A stretch of DNA of 64,000 nucleotides from Nanobdellota archaeon. Its GTDB lineage: Archaea; Nanobdellota; Nanobdellia; Woesearchaeales; JAHIVG01. The notes below the pieces were generated by a model. The model did not search any database. It saw nothing but the letters and a program-made list of their open reading frames with translations, and had not been told where the DNA came from. The stretch covers positions 115,698 through 179,697 of the forward strand of contig JAZDHH010000007.1 in the NCBI GenBank assembly GCA_043806015.1, read 5' to 3'. Below, in pieces: positions 37,883 to 47,232 of the stretch; within the stretch, counting starts at the first letter, position 1, and every line of letters starts with the position of its first letter. A program made the position numbers and the translations under genes.

Positions 37883-39157
37883 TCATATCCACTTCACCTC
37901 GAGGAAATGCGCTGAGCAGGAGAAGCAGGGGTCATAGCTTCGGATCAGCTTCTCGATCTCCAGGATGATCTCCTGCTGCTTGAGGTCGAGCAGTTCCGGG
38001 ATGAACTCCCGGATGTCCTCCTGGATGTTCAGCATGTTCTGTGCGGTCGGCGTGATGATGTTGGCCTTGCGGATGACGCCATTGCCGTCGAGGGTGTACT
38101 CGTGCCAGAGGGTCCCTCGCGGCACCTCGATGGCGCCGACGCCGATGCCTCGCTTCATCGTGAGCTTCTCCAGCTTCTCTTCCCGGATCCTGAGCGAGCC
38201 GATGAGGTCGACGGCGTGGTCGATGCAGTGCACCGTCTCGATGGCCTGCGCCAGGGTGTTGTGGAAGGGGTTGGCGCTGGGGAGCCTGAGCTTCGCGGCG
38301 TGCAGCTGCTGCCGCGCGCTGTTCGACAGCTGCGCAGAGTTATTGTTGAGCCGGGCGAGGGCGCTGACCATGTAGCGGTGGTCCTTCTTGACCACGAAGT
38401 TGGCTGTGGAGTAGGGCTCATGGTATTCCTTGATGAACTCGCGGTACTGGTGCCTGGTGAAGCGGTGGCTCGGCGAGGCCAGCACGCCGTCGAGCATGGC
38501 GTACTCCCGCTTGTCAGACAGCGAGAACCATTCGCCCTGGCTCTCGAATGTCTTGTAGTCCAGGGAGAAGAAGAGCTCGCATGTCGCGAGGGAGTCTTCC
38601 TTGACCGCGAGCAGCTCCTTGCGCATCCCGTCCAGCTGCTCCTGGCTCGGCAGCTTGAGCCAGCCGCCGGGAGTTGCAGAGACCGGATGCAGGTCGCGTG
38701 CAGCCAGCGTCTTGAGCACGCTGTTGCCGGCCTTCATGAGGTTGAGGGCCTGCTGGAGCTGCGGCTTGTACTTCTTGGCCATGGCGAGCGCGGATTCGTA
38801 GCCGAGGTAATCGGGGAGCGCGAGGAAGTAGAGGTGCGTGGCATGGCTCCTGATGCGTTCGCCCAGCGTGAGGAGCTTGCGCAGGGCGACGGTCTGCTCG
38901 CTCGGCTGGTAGCCCAGCGCATCCTCGACAGCCTTGATGGCCGCGATGACATGCGCGCAGCTGCAGATGCCGCAGATGCGCGAGGTGATCTCGTGCGCCT
39001 CGTTGAACTTCCGGCCCACGACCATGCCTTCGAAGTAGCGGGCCCCCTCAACGGCTCCGAGCTCGCACCGCGTCACCTCGCCGGCGTCGATGCCAATCGT
39101 GAGCGAGGCATGGCCTTCGATCTTCGTGATGTGGTTAAGGGTTATTGTTTTTGCCAT
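37883..39157 (-). CDS. hydA: [NiFe] hydrogenase large (alpha) subunit, group 3 (sulfhydrogenase-type)
   Basis: N-terminal RICGICS and C-terminal DPCFSCSAH nickel-binding motifs. Confidence 0.9.
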   Translation of the reverse strand: MAKTITLNHITKIEGHASLTIGIDAGEVTRCELGAVEGARYFEGMVVGRKFNEAHEITSRICGICSCAHVIAAIKAVEDALGYQPSEQTVALRKLLTLGERIRSHATHLYFLALPDYLGYESALAMAKKYKPQLQQALNLMKAGNSVLKTLAARDLHPVSATPGGWLKLPSQEQLDGMRKELLAVKEDSLATCELFFSLDYKTFESQGEWFSLSDKREYAMLDGVLASPSHRFTRHQYREFIKEYHEPYSTANFVVKKDHRYMVSALARLNNNSAQLSNSARQQLHAAKLRLPSANPFHNTLAQAIETVHCIDHAVDLIGSLRIREEKLEKLTMKRGIGVGAIEVPRGTLWHEYTLDGNGVIRKANIITPTAQNMLNIQEDIREFIPELLDLKQQEIILEIEKLIRSYDPCFSCSAHFLEVKWI

Positions 39158-39953
39158 AGAGCTTCTCCAGCATGGGCAGCTTCAGCCCGGCGAAGGTCCG
39201 CATTCGTTCCCTGATTGCGTCGTCGCTGAAGCCCTTCTTCTTGAGCAGGGCGATCATGGTGTCGAGGTTCATGTCCGCTGTCGGGCCGCGGCATCCCCAG
39301 CACTCGAAGCCGCCGTTGACGCAGACCGCGTGGCAGCCGCCTGCCGTGACGGGGCCGAGGCACAGCCGGTCCTGCTCGAGCAGGCAGGCGTTGTTGTTCT
39401 GCCGGCATTCCTTGCAGACCGGGTCGTCGGGCAGCCTCGGGCTCAGGCCAAGGAGGGCTTGCTTGATGAAGTGCAGGATCTGCTTCTTGTCAGGGGGGCA
39501 GCCGGGAATCCAGAAGTCGACCGCGACATGCATGTCGATGGGCGTCGGCTCCAGATCCTCGATCTCCTCACGCTTCTTGTAGAGCAGGTGCTCGTAGTTC
39601 TCCTTGAGAGTGTAATGCCGGTACGCGGGGATGCAACCAGTGCAGGCGCATGCCCCCAGGGCGACGATTGCCTTTGCGTTCTTTCGCAGCCTCTGCAGCA
39701 CGGCGAGGTCGCCCTTGCTGGCCACCAGGCCTTCGACAAAGACGATGTCGAAGCTGTCCTCAGGGTTGACTTCCTTGATGAAGGGGAACGCCTTCAGGTC
39801 GACGAGCTGCACCAGGTCGAGGATCTCGTCCTCGTTGAAGATGACCGACAGCAGGCAGCCTGCGCAGCCCGTGAGGCCATACAGGCCGACCGTCGGCTTC
39901 TTTGCCATGGGTTTTGAGGGATTAGTCATTCTTGAAATCCTTGACTTCGTCAT
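39135..39953 (-). CDS. hydD: [NiFe] hydrogenase small (delta) subunit
   Basis: Contains GCAGC and several Cys clusters. Confidence 0.8.
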   Translation of the reverse strand: MTKSRISRMTNPSKPMAKKPTVGLYGLTGCAGCLLSVIFNEDEILDLVQLVDLKAFPFIKEVNPEDSFDIVFVEGLVASKGDLAVLQRLRKNAKAIVALGACACTGCIPAYRHYTLKENYEHLLYKKREEIEDLEPTPIDMHVAVDFWIPGCPPDKKQILHFIKQALLGLSPRLPDDPVCKECRQNNNACLLEQDRLCLGPVTAGGCHAVCVNGGFECWGCRGPTADMNLDTMIALLKKKGFSDDAIRERMRTFAGLKLPMLEKLYGKNNNP

Positions 39954-40722
39954 ACCTGAACACCGGGCCGTCGCGGCAGGTGTACTTTCCCCGGATCATG
40001 CAGTGGCAGCAGACGCCGACGGCGCAGTACATGAGGCGCTCGGCGCTGATGAAGATCTGGTCGTCATGGAACCCCTTGCGCTTGAGCTCATCGATGACCG
40101 TCTTCATCATGATGGGCGGGCCGCAGACGAAGGCGACCTTGCCCTCGTTGGTGAAGTCCGCCTGCTTCAGGGCCTCGGCGACGAACATGATCTTCGCGGT
40201 TGTGCAGGACTGGCCTTGCGGCACCTTGTCGACAGTGACCTGCATGTGATACTGCTTCTGCCACTCAGCCATCTCGCGGCTGAAGATGACGTCGTTCGGC
40301 GAGCGGTAGCCGAGGAAGAGCATGACCTCCCTGAAGTCGTCGCGGCGATGATCGACATAGTCGATGATGCCCTTCAGGGGGGCGACGCCGCAGCCGCCGC
40401 CGATGATGAGCAGGCTGTTGCCTTTGAGCTGCTCCATGGGGTATCCTTTCCCGTACGGGCCGCGGATGAGGAGCGTGTCACCTTTCTTGAGCCTGGCCAA
40501 GGACTTGGTGACATGGCCGACTTCGCGGACATTGAGCTTGAGGAATCGCTCTGATGCTGAGCAGATGGAGATGGGCGCCTCGCCGATGCCTGGCAAGGAT
40601 ACCTGGACGAACTGGCCCGGGTCATGCTTGACCTTCATGTCGACCGTGATCGTGAACGTGTCCTGGGTCTCCCTGAAGAAGTCCAGGACCGTGTACAACC
40701 GGGGGAGGTAAGGGTTATCCAT
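39922..40722 (-). CDS. hydG: Hydrogenase gamma subunit (FAD/NAD(P)-binding, 2Fe-2S oxidoreductase)
   Basis: Ferredoxin-NADP reductase-like fold (RGPYG, GGGCGVAP) with a C-terminal Cys cluster. Confidence 0.8.
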   Translation of the reverse strand: MDNPYLPRLYTVLDFFRETQDTFTITVDMKVKHDPGQFVQVSLPGIGEAPISICSASERFLKLNVREVGHVTKSLARLKKGDTLLIRGPYGKGYPMEQLKGNSLLIIGGGCGVAPLKGIIDYVDHRRDDFREVMLFLGYRSPNDVIFSREMAEWQKQYHMQVTVDKVPQGQSCTTAKIMFVAEALKQADFTNEGKVAFVCGPPIMMKTVIDELKRKGFHDDQIFISAERLMYCAVGVCCHCMIRGKYTCRDGPVFRYDEVKDFKND

Positions 40723-41686
40723 GGCGCATCCCGTTGATGATCCCGACGAAGTCTATCCTGGTGGGGCAGCCTTCGATGCAGCGGCCGCAGCCGACGCACA
40801 AGTTGGTGCCGTAGCGCTCCTTGAAGTACTGGAGCTGGTGGTAGATGCGGTGCTTGAAGCGCTGGTCGCGCTCCTTGCGGAAGACGCTGTTGCCAGCCAC
40901 CCTGGAGAACTCTTGCAGCTGGCAGCTGCTCCACTCCCTGCGGCGCACGCCTTTCTTGAGGTCTGCCATGCTCGGCTCATCATGCAGGCTGAAGCAGTAG
41001 CAGCTTGGGCACAGCGCGGTGCAGGCGGTGCAGCTCAGGCAGAGGTCCACGCCCTTCTTCCAGTCCGGGTGCTCGTAGAGCTGCTTGATATCTTTTATCT
41101 TGAGACGGTCTGCGTCTTTGATGACCTTCTGTTCAGGTGTGATGGTCTCTTGGGTGCTGCTGAAGAAGGCCTTGTGCTTGCTCACAAGGGCTTCGCCCTT
41201 CGTGGATCCCACTTCGACCAGGTAATGGTCGCTGCGGTCATGGTAGTTGAGGTCGAAGTAATCAACGAGGTCAAGTGAACCGCAGAAGCAGTAGGTCATC
41301 GGCTCCTTGCAGTGTAGGCCGATGAGCACCGTGTTCTTGCGGGCGGCCGTGTAGTATGGGTCTTTCGCGTCCTCGAGATAGACCATGTCCTGGTGCCTGA
41401 TCGCGTTGAGGTCGCAGCGCCGCAGCCCGAAGAAGGCCCGCGGCGGGCTCTCCAGCAGCGGCACTCGCATGCTGTTGCCGTCGAAGTGGAACAACACCTC
41501 ATGCTTCTTGAAGAAATGCTCCTTGATCGGGAAGAAGGCGTTGCGCTCGAGGAAGATGTCCTTCGGGTCCTTGACCTGGAGGAAGCGCACGACATCGCAC
41601 TCGACCGGCGCGATGAGCTCATAGCTACCCATGAGCTCTTTCAGGAACCCGTAAAACCTCTTTTTTTCCTGCCTGAAGACGTGCAT
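40715..41686 (-). CDS. hydB: Hydrogenase beta subunit (4Fe-4S protein)
   Basis: Carries CxxCxxCxxxCP-type motifs. It is the first gene of the hydBGDA order. Confidence 0.75.
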   Translation of the reverse strand: MHVFRQEKKRFYGFLKELMGSYELIAPVECDVVRFLQVKDPKDIFLERNAFFPIKEHFFKKHEVLFHFDGNSMRVPLLESPPRAFFGLRRCDLNAIRHQDMVYLEDAKDPYYTAARKNTVLIGLHCKEPMTYCFCGSLDLVDYFDLNYHDRSDHYLVEVGSTKGEALVSKHKAFFSSTQETITPEQKVIKDADRLKIKDIKQLYEHPDWKKGVDLCLSCTACTALCPSCYCFSLHDEPSMADLKKGVRRREWSSCQLQEFSRVAGNSVFRKERDQRFKHRIYHQLQYFKERYGTNLCVGCGRCIEGCPTRIDFVGIINGMRHG

Positions 41687-41820
41687 ACCTATTGTTCCGG
41701 GAGAGCAATGCCCTATTTAAATGTATTGCTTGCCTATGAAAAGACAAGAATAACGCATAACCCCTAAATAAGCCATAGCTTATGGAAACCTGCTGGAAAG
41801 TTTTAATAAGGTAGCCCAAT

Positions 41821-41915
41821 CACCCCGCCTTTTGACTATGGATGACATGCAAAAGGCACCCAAAAACTTCCGGTCAAAACCTATTTTCCTGCGAGACTTC
41901 ATGCGTTGCTTATGT
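41821..41915 (+). repeat. Copy A of an inverted repeat of about 95 bp (its partner is at 54841-54935)
   Basis: A core ttttgactatggatgacatgcaaaaggcacccaaaaacttccggtcaaaacctatttt is about 90% identical to the reverse complement of the 54841-54935 region. Confidence 0.8.
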
Positions 41916-41995
41916 CGCACGATATTTGAGAAAGATTTATATATATTTCGCACGTATATTAGTTAAAGTTTGCATTATTTTTACAAAAGAAGTCG

Positions 41996-44533
41996 ATGGA
42001 TGTGATAAAAAAGGCGAGGTTTATAATGAACATAAAACTTTGGATAGCATTAATTGCGTTGACATTGGTTGTTTTTGTTGTTTTAGGGGCGGTAAAAGTG
42101 CGGGACCTCGTGGGTGTGAGTCTCTCTTCACCGACAGGCGCCCAGAACATTTACATCGACGATTCGTTCACCATGACGTGCAGCCCTACGTATTCAGGCA
42201 ACGGCGGGCTTCCGGCCATAATCTACACGGCGCAGTGGTGCGACAATTCTGGCTGCTCAGCTAACGTGTACACCATCCAGGTCGGGACACCGACCTCCGA
42301 CCCGATATCATTAGTGACCGGCGCGGTCAATCCGAAGCAAATACTGGATTCCACGCCCTGGAGCTACTCTGTGTATGGGAGGAATAGCGGGACAGCGTAC
42401 ATAAGATGCAAGGCACAGGGCGGCAGCACCTGCAGCGGCGGATGCTACAGCACGATTAGGCAGGTCACGGTCCAAGAGGCCGGCGACCTACCCCCCACTA
42501 CAACATTAACTTCTCCAGCAGACCAGAGCCGGGTGTTGAATAGTTCTGTGACCTTCCAATGCGGCGCCAGTGACGACAACGGCCTGCAGAGCATGAGCCT
42601 GTATGGCGGCTGGGGCAGCGGATGGCACCTCGAGGAGACAAAGGCATTGAGCGGCTCATCGGACTCAGCCCAGTTCACCGTTTCGGGATTGGCAGACGGC
42701 ACCTACACATGGAACTGCGAGGCCAAGGACACGGCAAACCAGACGGATTTTGCGAACAGCAACTGGACGGTCAACATCGGCATGTTGAACAAGGATGACA
42801 TAATGATCAGCAGCGACTTCGAGATGGGCAACCTCATCAATGTCCAGCATGTTGAGGACCAGCAAGTCCCCTATAGGTATTATACTGCCCAGATCAACTA
42901 TTCAACGCAGTGGTTCTCCGACAAGCACTGGTGGTTCTCATTCTCCCTCGACAATGCCACTCAAAAGAGGGTGCACTTGGAGATCACGAATTGCAATAAC
43001 GCTGATGACACCCGCTTCGCGCACCTCATACCGGTGATCAGCTACACGGGCTTGCCAGGCGACTGGGTCAGGCTCCAGGGCAGCGAGTACAGCTATGATA
43101 GCGACAATAATAAGTACACGATAGATTTCACACCGACCGCCTCACCGGTTTACGTCGCGCCCATCCCCCATTACACCAACGCGATGTTGGCAAGCTATCT
43201 TTCCTCGAAGGCAAGCAGCCCTTATATGGAGACTTCCACGATTTCGGTGACACCTGAGGGAAGGAACGTCACCCTGGTCACCATCACCGACTCGAGCGTC
43301 AGCGACGAGGGCAAGTTCAAGGTCTTCCTCTTGGGAGGGGACCTGAATTCCGGAGAGCAGCAGAGCTCGTTCTATGCCCGGGGTTCCATTGAGTTTTTGC
43401 TTGATGAGTCCGACGAGACAGCGGCGGTCATTAGGAAGAACTACATCTTCCGCGTGGTGCCGGTGCAGAACCCGGACAGCACATATCATGGCATCTCCAG
43501 GTACACGCCTGTGAGGGACGGCATGCAGCACGATCTCAACAGGAACTGGGAGTCGGCCGAGCCGTACAAGCAGCCGGAAGTATGGGGTGGGATAAGATCA
43601 GCCATCGCTGACTGGCCTGCCGACGTCTTCATATCATACCATGGGGCGGTATTGGCTGACACGCAGTACTTCCTCTATCCCGGCGAATTGAGCTCTCAGG
43701 AGACGGCCCTGATGGACAGCATAGCCCAATACTGGAACGAGACCAGTGCCAGACTTTCCGGCTCGACCGTTGGCCTGAACTATGTCGAGATGGCCAACGC
43801 GGGCATCCTCTCACTGCTAATAGAGGTTTCGCCCAACCGGATCGTGCCGGGCGGTAACATCATAGACGAGCTGTATTGGATGGACAGCGGCAAGGATTTC
43901 GTCCTCGGCATATACAACTATCTCGGCGTTAACGACTCTGACCCGCCGTTGGTCGACGTTGTCGAGCCTTTGAACGGCAGCATTGTGAACATGACGGTGG
44001 CCATCAAGGCGGACGCCTCAGACGGGGGCAGCGGCATTCAAGGCGTTGAGTACAGGATCGATTCAGACAGCTATGTGCCGGTGGCTTATGTCGACCCGTA
44101 TTATGAAGCGGCATGGGACACAACCGCCGAGAGCAATGGCTTGCACACGATCACTGTGAGAGCGACCGACAACGAGAACAACATCAACACGGACTCGGTG
44201 CAGGTGAACGTGCAGAACTCGGTCCCCGATCTGAACGTCACCGTGGTGACGGACAAGTCCCAATACACGAGCGGAGAATGGGTGTCTTCCATCACGACGG
44301 TGAGAGACGGCCAGGGCAACCCGGTGTTCGGCGCAGACCTGACGGTTGTGATATACCGTTCGGATCTAACACAAGCCAAGGCATGCATCGGGACGACGCT
44401 GGGAGACGGCACCTACGAATGCCGCTACAGGATCGGCAGGAGCGATCCCCTAGGCACGTGGACAGTCGAGTCGGACGCAACCGAGACAGGCTATGGCCCT
44501 GGCCACGGCGAGACTACCTTCCAGGTAGTCTGA
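41996..44533 (+). CDS. Secreted multidomain protein with Ig-like (Big-type) domains flanking an M14 carboxypeptidase-like domain
   Basis: A signal/TM N-terminus, then ...VVPVQNPDS..., DLNRNW and ...ISYHGAV... (M14 landmarks), then C-terminal Ig-like domains. An alternative start is at 42026. Confidence 0.6.
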   Translation: MDVIKKARFIMNIKLWIALIALTLVVFVVLGAVKVRDLVGVSLSSPTGAQNIYIDDSFTMTCSPTYSGNGGLPAIIYTAQWCDNSGCSANVYTIQVGTPTSDPISLVTGAVNPKQILDSTPWSYSVYGRNSGTAYIRCKAQGGSTCSGGCYSTIRQVTVQEAGDLPPTTTLTSPADQSRVLNSSVTFQCGASDDNGLQSMSLYGGWGSGWHLEETKALSGSSDSAQFTVSGLADGTYTWNCEAKDTANQTDFANSNWTVNIGMLNKDDIMISSDFEMGNLINVQHVEDQQVPYRYYTAQINYSTQWFSDKHWWFSFSLDNATQKRVHLEITNCNNADDTRFAHLIPVISYTGLPGDWVRLQGSEYSYDSDNNKYTIDFTPTASPVYVAPIPHYTNAMLASYLSSKASSPYMETSTISVTPEGRNVTLVTITDSSVSDEGKFKVFLLGGDLNSGEQQSSFYARGSIEFLLDESDETAAVIRKNYIFRVVPVQNPDSTYHGISRYTPVRDGMQHDLNRNWESAEPYKQPEVWGGIRSAIADWPADVFISYHGAVLADTQYFLYPGELSSQETALMDSIAQYWNETSARLSGSTVGLNYVEMANAGILSLLIEVSPNRIVPGGNIIDELYWMDSGKDFVLGIYNYLGVNDSDPPLVDVVEPLNGSIVNMTVAIKADASDGGSGIQGVEYRIDSDSYVPVAYVDPYYEAAWDTTAESNGLHTITVRATDNENNINTDSVQVNVQNSVPDLNVTVVTDKSQYTSGEWVSSITTVRDGQGNPVFGADLTVVIYRSDLTQAKACIGTTLGDGTYECRYRIGRSDPLGTWTVESDATETGYGPGHGETTFQVV

Positions 44534-44566
44534 TTTTTTCTTTTTTATTCCATTTTTTATTCTCTC
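44534..44566 (+). terminator. T-rich archaeal-type terminator
   Basis: tgattttttcttttttattccattttttatt immediately after the stop codon. Confidence 0.45.
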
Positions 44567-45185
44567 AGCGACTTAAGGGGATCATTCCCATAATGGATCA
44601 ATGCTTATTCCTAATCCTGGAAGCTTCAACGCCGAGGGAAAAGCCCTGCGGCCCCCCTATCGCCTTTGCAGCTGCATTTACCGTCAGCGAGCCGATGCAA
44701 TCTTCCCGGCCAAAAAGCAGGCATGGAGACCGGCCTTACAGCAGGGTGTATGCGAAGGCGAGAGATGGCGATGCGGCCCATCGCCCCTAAGGTTCACAGG
44801 AGGGTAAGCTTGCAGATCATGCGCGAAGAACATTCCACTGAGAGGTTAGAGCCAGAATTCCCGCAAAGCAATGGGCGTGAAAAGTGGTGATCGCGCCATA
44901 AAAAAATACCAAGAACTTGGGTAAAGGGATGGCATGCATAATCAGGCTCTATTGAAGGTCTCGGGTCCTATCAACTAGCCCGTGTTCTGGATTAAGGGCC
45001 TATTGCGTGAGACTCTATCCCTCACAAGATGCCGACTTCCTTCGTAGAAGCATTGAAAAGGGCAGATTATGCCCGAACAACATCGGCGCAACAGGCCGGC
45101 AGCGCCTTTACCCCTCCATAACTTGACCGCACACCCATAATCCGAATCCGCCTGATTACCCATGATCTGCTCTCCCGCAGCCATG

Positions 45186-45250
45186 AAGGACCCAAAAAAA
45201 AAGAGGGAAGAGGAAAGGCACGCGCATCCCACCACCCGGCAGCGATGCCT
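45186..45250 (-). terminator. Hairpin plus T9 terminator after the minus-strand secreted-protein operon
   Basis: On the minus strand, GGAAGGCA...TGCCTTTCC is followed by tcttccctcttttttttt. Confidence 0.4.
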
Positions 45251-45255
45251 TCCCC

Positions 45256-47226
45256 TCAGGTACAACAGCATTTCACAGCTTCATCATATCCTACAGGGAA
45301 CTCTTCATTACAGGTGGTTATGGCAACCGGGCCACTAGGAGATTCTGCACAGTTGTCGTAAAAATAATAAATTCCGGCAGTCAGCACGCTTCCATAATCA
45401 AAATCGTAACATCCTTCCACGCAAGTCAACCCAAAGCCTGAACAGATTTCATCACAGTCCCATTCAGCGCCAACATCAACACAATCTGTCAACCTGCCCA
45501 TTCTTGGCGTGCTCTCGATAAAAGAGTCCGCCTGCTCAACAATGTCATCATAATACAGGCTGTAATTCTCCCAGAAGAAAGACCAATTATAAAGCGGGCT
45601 CATAAAGGTGAAAGCATCGCCGGCAGTCAGATAATTGAAAGCCCATGCCTGACTTGAAGGGGAATAAGCGACCCTATCGAACCGGCCATTTGACATGACA
45701 CCATCAGCCATGACTGTGTCGACGACCGTGTCATTATAGATGAACAGGTCATAACCCGTGCTCAAAATGCCCTCAACAATAGCCACCCTCGCCTCAGCCT
45801 CATCCGTCACGCCATACGTATACCACACCTTAAGCAAAACCTTGCCCTTGGAAGTAACGCCATAAGAAGCCTCCCAAATCTGGCCTGCCTCATACAAGGA
45901 ATCATCCCTCATCGCGATAAAATAGCTCAGATTCTCGCGGACACTCCGGGTAGCATTCAAAGCAGCGGAATCCGAAAGATCATCAGCCAACACAACCCAA
46001 GCATCACAAGGATAATTATACCCGCAAGCATCCTCCCAAATCACACTCGCACCTGTGTTGTGACCATCATCCCAATCACCAGCACTGGTCCCCGGACCGG
46101 CATTAAGCCCGTTGCCATCCTCAACTACCTCATTGCAACCTGAAAAGAATCTGTCCCTCCACTCAGAGGGCTGCGAATCCGCAACAGTGACAACATCCAA
46201 AAAAATCGACACGTTAGTCACATTAGCATCCTCAGGCAGCGAAGACAGGTTAAAAGTGAAAAAACCGCGCTTCTCAACGCCACTGCCACTCACATTTCTG
46301 CCCACGAGAGCATTAGTGTTATAATAAGCCTCATAATAATAAGAAAAACCCGTACTGACCTTCTTGATATAGCCTGACCGCTGCCCAGTATAATCAACCG
46401 TCACCTCACCAGCTAAAGCAGCGTCAATCCACCACATGCGAACAACCTCAGTGCCACTCCAGCCGCTGGGAGCAACGCCATCATTCATCGCGGCCATCAC
46501 CAACACGTCACCATCACCCTCATACCGCAGCCTCAGCACGTCCTCGCCGAACACGAAATGGCCTCGCTTAGAAACAGAGTCCCTTATGAATATCTGCGTC
46601 ACGCCATCAACCTCGAACTCCTCTGTGCTGTCAAGAAAGAAAGTGTCGCAAGACTCCACTCCACCATCCAAAAAGCAGTAGAAAACCTCGTCAACAACCG
46701 TGTCATTCTCAATCTGGACATCATCAAACTCCCAAACGTACCATAATGCATTATGGAACGAAAAAGCCCTGTCAGAAGAAACAAAAAAGCTGTTTTCCAT
46801 GTACCGATCAAACCTTTCCTGGCCGCGAAGCCAGCCAAAACACGGCCCGAAATCACAGTTTACGACACTCTGGTTCCAGAAGGTCAGGTTATCGCTCTGG
46901 ACACTGAGATTATAATCATCCAGCACACTCTCGCTAAAATAGGTGAAATGGCCACCCGCATTGTAATACGCAAGGCCAAACCGGTGAGTCAGCCACTGGG
47001 CGCGCCCCTTCGCATCATCCAAGTCAAAACCGTTGAAAAACTGCGAATAGCCGCTCGCAGCATCCTGCCAGATGTTGGCGCGGTCAGCGCCGTCAGGATT
47101 CCCATTCCACGTGTGGAGGTAATCGCCATCATCAACAAACTCAAAGCCCACAGGCGAAGTCGCAACAACAACAGGCAGCAACAACACCAGCAACAAACCC
47201 GTAATAGCGTGTCTCATCATCATCAC
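45256..47226 (-). CDS. Secreted protein with a Cys-rich C-terminal domain
   Basis: Signal peptide MMMMRHAITGLLLVLLLP, a 656-aa protein ending ...CNEEFPVGYDEAVKCCCT. Confidence 0.5.
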   Translation of the reverse strand: MMMMRHAITGLLLVLLLPVVVATSPVGFEFVDDGDYLHTWNGNPDGADRANIWQDAASGYSQFFNGFDLDDAKGRAQWLTHRFGLAYYNAGGHFTYFSESVLDDYNLSVQSDNLTFWNQSVVNCDFGPCFGWLRGQERFDRYMENSFFVSSDRAFSFHNALWYVWEFDDVQIENDTVVDEVFYCFLDGGVESCDTFFLDSTEEFEVDGVTQIFIRDSVSKRGHFVFGEDVLRLRYEGDGDVLVMAAMNDGVAPSGWSGTEVVRMWWIDAALAGEVTVDYTGQRSGYIKKVSTGFSYYYEAYYNTNALVGRNVSGSGVEKRGFFTFNLSSLPEDANVTNVSIFLDVVTVADSQPSEWRDRFFSGCNEVVEDGNGLNAGPGTSAGDWDDGHNTGASVIWEDACGYNYPCDAWVVLADDLSDSAALNATRSVRENLSYFIAMRDDSLYEAGQIWEASYGVTSKGKVLLKVWYTYGVTDEAEARVAIVEGILSTGYDLFIYNDTVVDTVMADGVMSNGRFDRVAYSPSSQAWAFNYLTAGDAFTFMSPLYNWSFFWENYSLYYDDIVEQADSFIESTPRMGRLTDCVDVGAEWDCDEICSGFGLTCVEGCYDFDYGSVLTAGIYYFYDNCAESPSGPVAITTCNEEFPVGYDEAVKCCCT

Positions 47227-47232
47227 CCCCTC

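Noticed and set aside
41842-42264. ORFs beginning MTCKRH... at both ends of the island (41842 plus strand; 53717/54789 minus strand as extended in the ORF track).
   Set aside because: They arise from the shared inverted-repeat sequence (atgacatgcaaaaggcac). An indel changes the frame between the copies, and the real downstream genes have better starts (TATA-spaced ATGs at 41996/42026 and 54766).
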